Assembly (NCBI GenBank): GCA_044356335.1
Contig: JBIKWL010000003.1
Location: forward strand, 9,950-73,949
Direction of reading: 5' to 3'
DNA: 64,000 nucleotides
Source of the DNA: Candidatus Sericytochromatia bacterium
GTDB lineage: Bacteria > Cyanobacteriota > Sericytochromatia > UBA7694
In this document: one piece after another, positions 35,965 through 43,339 of the stretch
How the letters are laid out: the number at the start of each line of letters is the position of its first letter
Numbering within the stretch: the stretch's first letter is position 1
The notes under the pieces: model-generated
The model's input: only the letters and a program-made list of their open reading frames with translations
Told to the model about the DNA's origin: nothing
Database searches by the model: none
Made by a program: the position numbers and the translations under genes

Positions 35965-37137
35965 TTATTGCTTCGGAGCAGCGTAGCGATTATAAATTTC
36001 TTCGTAGCGCTCGAGCTCTTCCGGAGAGGGCGGGATTCCTGCTTCAGCTTGGGCTCTTAAACGCAGAGCCCAGTCCCGTTCATGTTGCGCCACGGGTGCA
36101 TCGTGGGGATTAATCAGGCTGGGATCATTGATATACAAGACTTCGACTATTTTTCCAGCCCGATCGAGTTCGGCAGCAGTGGGCTGATAGCCCTGTTCCA
36201 TTTTTGCGGTCAACTGCATATGCCATTTGACATCTTCGGAGCTGAGATTGTTGGGCGAATTTGACTCTGTCGTCTCTTGGTGCCGCTGATAAATTTCGGT
36301 ATACCGTTTCACTTCTTCAGGGCTGGCTTTGTGGCTTTTTTGGGTAATTTCATTGGCAAGATCCTGGGCCCATTTCAGTTCTTCTGGGCTGGGGGGAGTC
36401 TGTTGTTTTTGTTCGGCTTTTTCAGCTTGGAAGCGGTTGTAGATGTCGTGATATTTTTCAATTTCTTCAGTGCTGGTTTCGTATTTGATCCCATATGGGG
36501 GATGGGTAATCTTCTCTTCTAAGTTTTTGGCCCAGGCCAATTCTTCGGGGCTGACAGACTTAAACTCCGGAATACGGGGGGTTTGATCTGCAATAAAGAG
36601 TTTTACTGCAATTTGCTGATAGTGCTTTAATTCTTCTGCATTGGGCTCGTAACCCCTGTTGACCTTGTCTTCCAAATCCAACGTCCAATTGACTTCTGCC
36701 CGTGAAGGGGGCCCTGTGGGTGCGGAGTCAGTTGAAGCAGCCAAATAACTTTCGATCTCATTGAAGCGCAAAGCTTCTGAGGCGTTGGGTTGGTAACCCA
36801 GGCGATTTATTTTTGTTTCCATGGCGTCAAACCAAGCCAGGTCTTCGCGGGTGGGGGGGGCCGGCGCTGAAGTGTCTTCAACAAAGGACAGTGAGTTCAC
36901 AGCCTGTCCAGGGGGCACCGCTGCCTGCTGGATTTGATCGCGCGGAGGCGTTACTTTGCTTGCCGAAGCAGGGGTCTGAATCGGTGCAGAGCCATTCACC
37001 GGCGCTGATTTGGGCGGGCCTGTCAGGGGGGCTGGAGCTGAACTGAGTGAGGAGGGGCCCAGGGGCTTGAAGTCCATAGAAATTCCTTTGGGATGTTTGC
37101 GTTTGACTTCATCTATTATGCCTATTTCAGGTGCCAT
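35965..37137 (-). CDS. repeat protein: Pro/Ala/Ser-rich N-terminus plus six helical ~45-55-aa repeats, each with an invariant Trp
   Basis: Repeats such as PSPEELKWAQDLANEI...SPEEVKRYTEIYQRHQ and VAQHERDWALRLRAQAEAGIPPSPEELERYEEIYNRY. The start could instead be ATG 37077. Confidence 0.65.
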   Translation of the reverse strand: MAPEIGIIDEVKRKHPKGISMDFKPLGPSSLSSAPAPLTGPPKSAPVNGSAPIQTPASASKVTPPRDQIQQAAVPPGQAVNSLSFVEDTSAPAPPTREDLAWFDAMETKINRLGYQPNASEALRFNEIESYLAASTDSAPTGPPSRAEVNWTLDLEDKVNRGYEPNAEELKHYQQIAVKLFIADQTPRIPEFKSVSPEELAWAKNLEEKITHPPYGIKYETSTEEIEKYHDIYNRFQAEKAEQKQQTPPSPEELKWAQDLANEITQKSHKASPEEVKRYTEIYQRHQETTESNSPNNLSSEDVKWHMQLTAKMEQGYQPTAAELDRAGKIVEVLYINDPSLINPHDAPVAQHERDWALRLRAQAEAGIPPSPEELERYEEIYNRYAAPKQ

Positions 37138-37187
37138 TCTTTCTTGCCAAGCAAAAAATTTAGTCCAAGTTTAAACCCCAGTTGAAT

Positions 37188-37778
37188 TTAAGAGCTGTGA
37201 CCCCGCTGCAAATTTGCTGCGGCAGTGGAGGGAACGGGGCCCACATTGAGGAGCATTCCCTTTACGGGTAAGCCAGAGCGGTCACAGACATAAATCATAT
37301 AAGACAGGGTGGGTTCACTTCCCTGCTGCCCATTGCCCAGAAATCGGGTTGTGGCATTGCCAGTGCTATCCAGACCAACGTAAATGACCAGGCCCGATGA
37401 AAGGGCGCGGTCGACATAGCTGTTGCCCAAGTCGCTGTCGCTGGCCCCGGCATCTCCGTCGTTGTTTGTGCGCCAAGCCCCTTGGCCCGAAGTATCTGCC
37501 ACCCCTTGAAAGCCAGTGAAAGGGTTTTCGATAACTTTATAGGCATCCAATTCAGTGAAATCTGTGATCAACGCAGGATAGCGCTGATTATCGACATAAA
37601 AGGTTTCAGCCATGACCTACAAGACATGGGCATTGGACTTGAGAGCGGCAATGCGGGCCCGATCCTGGGCGGCAGCGAACTGAGGCATGGCAATGGCCAC
37701 CAAGATCCCGAGGATGATAATGACCACCATCAATTCAACCAAGGTAAAGCCACTTTGCTGTCGTTTCATTCGGGTCAT
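37188..37778 (-). pseudogene. type IV pilin/pseudopilin gene interrupted by one in-frame TAG (37617-37619)
   Basis: GGGAGA RBS 7 nt before ATG 37778. The prepilin leader and N-methylation motif is MTRMKRQQSG/FTLVELMVVIIILGILVAIAMPQF. ORFs 37617-37805 and 37188-37613 are in the same frame, separated only by TAG-GTC. There is no RBS before the second ATG. Confidence 0.7.
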
Positions 37779-37819
37779 GGTATTTTCTCCCTGAACAGCC
37801 CTCAAAATGGGTTAATAGA

Positions 37820-37849
37820 ATCATATTCCCATTCGTAAAGTTTTGTAAA
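37820..37849 (-). promoter_or_regulatory. candidate sigma70-type promoter for the pilin gene
   Basis: On the minus strand: TTTACA (37849-37844), 18-nt spacer, TATGAT (37825-37820). The -35 overlaps the inverted repeat AAACTTAT-N6-ATAAGTTT (37847-37868). Confidence 0.3.
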
Positions 37850-37886
37850 CTTATATTAAAATAAGTTTCGGGTGAAAGGGCTCAGT

Positions 37887-40361
37887 TCAGACCCTCTGCA
37901 AATCGGCATAGCGTGAGAGCAGCCGTTTGCGCCCAACCAGTTCAAACTCAACCTCCAGCATCAGGCCCAGTTTGAGGTTGGGTTCCAAATGAATAATTTC
38001 CCCTTCGCCGTACTGGGGATTGCGCACGCGCATACCCACTTTAAAGCCATCACTCGCCAGCTGTTTAGGGGCGGTGGAATGGGAAGTCGTTTGAGTCAAT
38101 GGGGGCGCGTGCTCACGCAGATCGGCAAAGAGTTCGGGCTGCAAAGGCAGCGAAATGGCGCCTTGCCAACGTTTCAATTGACTGCCATCGAGAGCCAAAG
38201 GTCCCAACAGCGCCATTTCGCCAGCGGCATGAAAGAGACTTGCGATTTTCTGAGCCGCCATTTCGCGTTTTTCTGGGCCCTCCCACCAATGCAATAAATA
38301 CCTTTCAAAATGCAGGCGCGAAGCATGGCGGGCCAAAGAGAGCACATCTGAGGTTTTCCAATCTTGGGGGGCGAGGGAAAGGGCCTGACGTAGGGCTTGA
38401 ACCCCTTCGAGAGTTTCGTGATAACCCGCTTCACGCAAAAAACGCGAGACCGGCGAAGAATTCATGATCAACAGATGCAATTCTTCACGGGGACGCGTGA
38501 CTGCTACATAAAAGAGCCTGCGCTCTTCTTCCAGGCGCGCCTCTCCCCGACCATAGGGCAAAAAGCCCTGATTGCAATGGGGCACAAAAACCACTTCCCA
38601 CTCCAGTCCTTTGGCGCGGTAGATCGTGGTCAAAACCAGGGTTTCGCGACTTTGAATTTCTGTGTCCTGGGCCAGTTCGTTTAAATAATTTAAAAATTCT
38701 GCCACTGAGCCTTTGCCTCGGGCATAGTCCAGCAGGGCTTCGACGGTCGCAGCTTTGGCTTCGCCATTCTCTGGAAAACCGCTGCTTTTGCGCAACCAAG
38801 CACAATAGTCCAGCCGTTGTTCCAAAGCACTTAAGACACTGTCTGCGGGATCAATTTGAATTTGAATCCCAAGCCAGGTGATTAAATCCGCTAGCTTTTC
38901 GAGATTGCGCGCAATATACACCCGCTCAACCCCTGCTGCGACTGTGTGCAGAACCGTGCTCAATGAAAGGCCTGAAGTGATGCCTTTGAGTAGATCTTCA
39001 CTTTGCAAGGCTGAGATATAACGCAGTGGGCGATTGACCACCAATTTGAGATCCTGGGCCAAGCTGCGCAATTCTGCTGGCGTGAGCGAGGCACCGGCTT
39101 GGATCTTTAATTCTTGCCGCGCCAGGCGCAGATAGGCCAGCAATACCTGGACTTCGGCACGTTGAAAGAAGGGCACCGAACCGTCGATGCGATAGGGAAT
39201 GCGGGCTTCGTTGAGGGCCTGTTCGATAAAGGCTGTTTGGGCGTAAATTCGCAACAGAACAGACATTTGACTCAAACGGTAGCCCCGCGCCTGGGCGGCG
39301 ATCAACTCAGCCACCAGGGCTTTGGCCAAACCCTCAGCATCTTCACTGCGGTGGATGCGGGTCAGCCCCGAAAAACCCTGGGTCAATTGCAGCGCTTTGG
39401 GCTCGCGTTTGCTGTTGTGGCAAATTACGGCATTGGCCAGAGCCAAATGGGAGGCGCGGGAGCGAAAATTATCCCGCAACAGGTATTTGCGCGCCTGATA
39501 ACGTTGGCTAAATTCCAGAATAAAGCGCGGATTTGCCCCGCGCCATTCATAAATGGTCTGATCGTCGTCCCCGATCGCCATATAATTGCGGTGGGGGGCC
39601 ACCAGCAAATCGAGCAATTCACTTTGTACGTGGTTAATATCTTGAAACTCATCCACCAGAACAGCCTGGTAGCGGCTCTGGACGCTGCTCAGCAGTTCGG
39701 GAAATTTATGCATCAGTTCCCAGGCGCTGAGCAACATATCGTCAAAGGTCAAGATCCCCATTTCTTGCCGCACCTTTTCAAAGAGTGCAAAGAGATCGAG
39801 ATAAATGGGCCAATCCCCTGGGGCTTCGGCCTCGGTTAACAAGGCGCGGGCGGCATCGGGTAGGCCCTTTGGAAAGGTCCCAGGATAGCGAAAATTGCCT
39901 TTACACAGGCCAATATAACTGAGAAAATCGGTTTCATCAAAATGGGCAGGCACATCCAGCCGCTCCTGCCGGGCCCGTGCCAAGGTGCGGTGCAAAAGCA
40001 GGCGTTCGGGGTTATTTCCAGCTTTATTGTCTTGGTCCTCTTGCAGGCGCAGATCGTCAATCAGGCCTTCACGCACGGCTTTTTGCACCACCCGATAGCC
40101 CACCGCATGTAGCGTGGCCGTATTGACACCACGGCAGTCCGGCCAGGTTTTCAGCGCATTGCGTAAATCGGCCACTGTGGCCCGGCTAAACGAGGTCGCC
40201 AAAATGGCAGAGGCAGGAAAAATCTGCTCTCTGACCAAACGTGCAATGCGGTGCACCATGGCCGTGGTCTTGCCTGCCCCAGCCACGGCAAAGACCAAGG
40301 CTGGGCCTTGATTGTGGTTGACGACTGCGCGTTGTTCTTCGGTCAATGGGAGTTCAGACAT
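37887..40361 (-). CDS. UvrD/Rep/PcrA-family superfamily-1 DNA helicase
   Basis: LTEEQRAVVNHNQGPALVFAVAGAGKTTAM (motifs Q/I), VLVDEFQDIN, GDDDQTIYEWRGA, TIYRAKGLEWEVVFV and RRLFYVAVTRPREEL. A Tudor-like segment lies near the C-terminus, GMRVRNPQYGEGEIIHLE. Confidence 0.9.
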   Translation of the reverse strand: MSELPLTEEQRAVVNHNQGPALVFAVAGAGKTTAMVHRIARLVREQIFPASAILATSFSRATVADLRNALKTWPDCRGVNTATLHAVGYRVVQKAVREGLIDDLRLQEDQDNKAGNNPERLLLHRTLARARQERLDVPAHFDETDFLSYIGLCKGNFRYPGTFPKGLPDAARALLTEAEAPGDWPIYLDLFALFEKVRQEMGILTFDDMLLSAWELMHKFPELLSSVQSRYQAVLVDEFQDINHVQSELLDLLVAPHRNYMAIGDDDQTIYEWRGANPRFILEFSQRYQARKYLLRDNFRSRASHLALANAVICHNSKREPKALQLTQGFSGLTRIHRSEDAEGLAKALVAELIAAQARGYRLSQMSVLLRIYAQTAFIEQALNEARIPYRIDGSVPFFQRAEVQVLLAYLRLARQELKIQAGASLTPAELRSLAQDLKLVVNRPLRYISALQSEDLLKGITSGLSLSTVLHTVAAGVERVYIARNLEKLADLITWLGIQIQIDPADSVLSALEQRLDYCAWLRKSSGFPENGEAKAATVEALLDYARGKGSVAEFLNYLNELAQDTEIQSRETLVLTTIYRAKGLEWEVVFVPHCNQGFLPYGRGEARLEEERRLFYVAVTRPREELHLLIMNSSPVSRFLREAGYHETLEGVQALRQALSLAPQDWKTSDVLSLARHASRLHFERYLLHWWEGPEKREMAAQKIASLFHAAGEMALLGPLALDGSQLKRWQGAISLPLQPELFADLREHAPPLTQTTSHSTAPKQLASDGFKVGMRVRNPQYGEGEIIHLEPNLKLGLMLEVEFELVGRKRLLSRYADLQRV

Positions 40362-40580
40362 ACCCTATTCTAATCTGAAGTGAGCGCAGGCGGTGAAATT
40401 GTGGCGAAAGATGCTGGAAAAATAATTAACAAAAAAAGTTATTAATTATTTTTCTTTTGCAATATGCTTTGAAGAAAAAAAACATTGTTATTACTGGGTT
40501 TTATAGGTTTGTTTAACTGTGAAAAATCTTCGACTTTCTATTTGCGCCCAATTTTGACCAATAAATACCAATCTATGGGC

Positions 40581-40611
40581 TTGCAATTTACTTAACAAAT
40601 TTTGTTATAAT
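40581..40611 (+). promoter_or_regulatory. candidate promoter with extended -10 for 40686-41744
   Basis: TTGCAA (40581-40586), 19-nt spacer, TGtTATAAT (40603-40611), within an AT-rich intergenic region. Confidence 0.3.
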
Positions 40612-40685
40612 AATCTTTAGGTGATGAATGACGGGATAAACAAATTCAGTCGATTCAAAACGAATAAATGCAGGAGTTCCGAACC

Positions 40686-41744
40686 ATGAGAATTGAACAA
40701 AATCAGTTTGTAATCCAGGACAGAAGCCAGGTATCGGGCGGGGGCACAAAGCCGGAAGCTCAGAGCCAAACGGCCTCAGCTCCGCCTGCCAACGCCCAGG
40801 CCTTTGCTGGCAAACAAAAACAATCCCTGAACCAGGCTGAGTCCAACCAAGGGGGTGGAAACAAAGCCACAAGTCTGCTCAGCCGTTTGGCCACGCTCAG
40901 CGGGGTAAACCCCATTCCTGTTATCCCGATCAAAGAGACCCAATTTTTCATCGACACACAAAAAAATGACAGCAACAATCACCACGACCGATTTGTCCAT
41001 ATCAGCGGTGATGCCATTGATACCGATGGGGAGCGAGATGATTTGCAAAATGCCATGAAACAGGCAGATAAAGAAGGGTTTCCGGTCATTTTTATTCAGG
41101 GAGACGAAAACAAACCCCAGTATTTTGAAGCCACAAGCAAGGATCTTAATGGCCAAAAACCCGGTTATATCGCCAAAGTCCAATCACTGGGGAAAGGCTC
41201 GACAGAAAGCTTTGCGCTAGACAATCTCGAGGCCCAAGTCAAACCCCTTGAAAGGCTGAATTCCTCAGCTTTAAGGGTTTTACAAAATCTAGATCCTAAG
41301 CAACACGCGCAATTGGATGCCATTGGCACTCAGGGAGCAGCCTTTTTGAAGGTCGCCAAAAATGATGAGCTGCTCAAGATTGCAAAGAATTTAAATCCGC
41401 AACAGATTCAGATTTTGTCCAAACTTTCTCCGAGTCAACTTGAGGCCTTCAGAACAATTCCTGCACCCACTCAGGCCTTTACCAAAATCCCTCCCAATGC
41501 GGATAACAGCCCGGCCATCTCGGATGCTGATTATCAAATAATGCAAAAGATTCCCCCCACAACATTTGAGGCAATGCGAGACCTGTCTGTCAAAGAATTG
41601 GGGGCTTTGCAGTCTTTAAAAGGGTTGCCCTCCGAAGTCTTGGATATAATGACATGGCCACCCGATCAGCTGAATGCCTTGCGACAATTAGATCCAGAAC
41701 AACTGAGCGAATTACAAATAAGTGAGCCAGAGCAGCTCAAATAA
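40686..41744 (+). CDS. hypothetical protein with C-terminal short P.(E/Q)QL-type repeats
   Basis: AGGAG (40672-40676) lies 9 nt before ATG 40686; the track start 40668 overlaps this RBS. C-terminal repeats LNPQQIQILSKLSPSQLEAF...PPDQLNALRQLDPEQLSELQISEPEQLK. The stop lies inside a 23-bp tandem duplication. Confidence 0.6.
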   Translation: MRIEQNQFVIQDRSQVSGGGTKPEAQSQTASAPPANAQAFAGKQKQSLNQAESNQGGGNKATSLLSRLATLSGVNPIPVIPIKETQFFIDTQKNDSNNHHDRFVHISGDAIDTDGERDDLQNAMKQADKEGFPVIFIQGDENKPQYFEATSKDLNGQKPGYIAKVQSLGKGSTESFALDNLEAQVKPLERLNSSALRVLQNLDPKQHAQLDAIGTQGAAFLKVAKNDELLKIAKNLNPQQIQILSKLSPSQLEAFRTIPAPTQAFTKIPPNADNSPAISDADYQIMQKIPPTTFEAMRDLSVKELGALQSLKGLPSEVLDIMTWPPDQLNALRQLDPEQLSELQISEPEQLK

Positions 41745-41763
41745 GTGAGCCAGAGCAGCTCAA
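41718..41763 (+). repeat. perfect 23-bp tandem duplication (ATAAGTGAGCCAGAGCAGCTCAA x2)
   Basis: 41718-41740 and 41741-41763 are identical when read directly. The junction creates TAA 41742-41744, which terminates ORF 40686-41744. Confidence 0.95.
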
Positions 41764-41905
41764 AAGCATGAAAACAATTGGGGAGCGCACCGTGGGGTCT
41801 TAGCGTTGGCCTCAGCCCAGCTTTCTTACGTCCTGCTTGGTCATCGTTACTGAGCAGGACTCACTGAATTCCTCTGCGGGTCAAGAACGTGTGCTCATTT
41901 CCCCG

Positions 41906-42003
41906 ACAAAAGAAAAAGTCCGGGAGGGAGGTCCCGGACCAAGGGGTCATTGAGAATCATTGACAAGTTCAGGTAATAAGGAGTTGTTTGCTTAGCCTTC
42001 AAT
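41906..42003 (-). ncRNA. candidate small RNA (~95 nt) with its own promoter and intrinsic terminator
   Basis: On the minus strand: TTGATA (42038-42033), 17-nt spacer, TAGAAT (42015-42010). Hairpin GTCCGGGA/TCCCGGAC (41918-41925 / 41932-41939) is followed by TTTTTCTTTTGT (41917-41906). There is no minus-strand CDS upstream of it. Confidence 0.3.
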
Positions 42004-42144
42004 AATATGATTCTAATACATTAATTAATTAATATCAATAGACTTATTAATTATTTATTGTTTTTTTGAAACTTTTCAGTTGTTCAATTCCGGAGCAGAA
42101 TCTTGTATCCTGACAGCATGAGCCTATAAAAGAAAGTTTGAATC

Positions 42145-43251
42145 ATGTCTGGACTGCAGCAAACCCTCAAGAAATTTAACCTGCCCCGTTACCATCTGAT
42201 CTTGCTGGGAGTTGCTGCTGTGCTTTCAGCCCTGCTGCTCTATCTGCCATTTTTGTTTAAAGATGCCACGGTCTTAACCCGCTTTTGGGACGGCCCCAAT
42301 TATATTTACGTGGCCAAGACCCTCTACCAGATTCCTGCCGATCACCCTTTTGTGCCCTACAAAACCACCCCGGCCTATTTTGCCTGCCATTTGCCCTTTT
42401 ATCCTTTGGCAATCAAACTTTTTTCGTTTATGACCTACCCTGTGGCGATGCTCTTCACGACCGTGCTCTTTGCGGTTCTGGCTACGCTGACCTTTTACCA
42501 ATTGCTGCGCGAAAGTGGTGCAGTTGCAAATCCTTTTTGGTCGGCCTTGATTTCACTGTTTTTGCCTGCCCGTTGGCTGATCTATCACAGTGTGGGTGCG
42601 ACCGAAGCCCCATTTTTATTTTTGATCTGTCTCTCGATGTTGTGTTATTTGCGCAAGCACTACACCTGGGCTTTTTTGCTTGCAGGCTTGGCAGGTATTA
42701 CCCGTATCACAGGTATTTTGCTTGGGCTTGTTTATTTGATTATGTTGATCCGCGACAAAGCCTGGAAAAAGATCCCTCTTTTGGTCATTATTGGCCTGCC
42801 ACTTTTGGCTACCTTTAGCTTTTATCACTTTCAATACGGCGATTTTATGGCCTATTTCAGCTGGAACAACAAACTGATTCACAGCCGTCCCTTGGATATC
42901 TTCTTGAATTACGCTGGCAGTGGCAATGCACATGCTGCAGAACTGTATTTGGGCATCTATTTGCTCTATGGACTCGGGGTGCTCATGCTCTGGCGTTTTC
43001 CGCTCTTTTTCACCTATGGCGTGGTCTTTTATGTTTTTAATCTCTTTGTCTTTCACGAAGATCTCAGCCGCTATATGTTGCCCTTGGCACCGTTTGCGTT
43101 GGTGATTGGCTACGACGAAATTATCAAAACCCGAGCGTTTAAAATAGCCAGCCTGGGTTTGATCGCCATGGCTTATATTTACGCCTGGGGCGTATTGCCC
43201 CACAATCTTGTTGCTGATTGGGTTTACGCCAATTTGCTCAAAGTGCTTTAA
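42145..43251 (+). CDS. polytopic membrane protein, possible GT-C-fold glycosyltransferase (PIG-V/PMT-like)
   Basis: About 10 TM helices. FWDGPNYIYVAKTLY after TM1 resembles the first-loop motif of GT-C mannosyltransferases. The functional call has low confidence. Confidence 0.6.
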   Translation: MSGLQQTLKKFNLPRYHLILLGVAAVLSALLLYLPFLFKDATVLTRFWDGPNYIYVAKTLYQIPADHPFVPYKTTPAYFACHLPFYPLAIKLFSFMTYPVAMLFTTVLFAVLATLTFYQLLRESGAVANPFWSALISLFLPARWLIYHSVGATEAPFLFLICLSMLCYLRKHYTWAFLLAGLAGITRITGILLGLVYLIMLIRDKAWKKIPLLVIIGLPLLATFSFYHFQYGDFMAYFSWNNKLIHSRPLDIFLNYAGSGNAHAAELYLGIYLLYGLGVLMLWRFPLFFTYGVVFYVFNLFVFHEDLSRYMLPLAPFALVIGYDEIIKTRAFKIASLGLIAMAYIYAWGVLPHNLVADWVYANLLKVL

Positions 43252-43339
43252 ACGACTGAGAAAAAAAACTTGTCATTTTCAGTCTGGATAATTTAATATT
43301 GAAAGATATAAACTTAAAACATTTAAAGGAAGTCTTCTT

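Noticed and set aside
37617-37619. The in-frame TAG in the pilin gene as evidence for genome-wide amber reassignment
   Set aside because: TAG cleanly terminates at least two well-defined genes in the same window (yceI-like at 43922-43924, ada/alkA-like at 48815-48817). Local nonsense mutation, error or read-through is more parsimonious.
41830-41860. 8-bp hairpin GTCCTGCT-N15-AGCAGGAC downstream of ORF 40686-41744 as its terminator or part of a structured RNA
   Set aside because: There is no U-tract on either strand and I recognise no similarity to SRP, 6S, tmRNA or RNase P motifs. It may simply be part of the 3' UTR.
40439-42056. The 13-nt direct repeats TTATTAATTATTT as target-site duplications or ends of a mobile element
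   Set aside because: There is no transposase or integrase between them, and no inverted terminal repeats. The motif is low-complexity AT sequence that could recur by chance in AT-rich spacers. I kept it only as a low-confidence regulatory or island observation.
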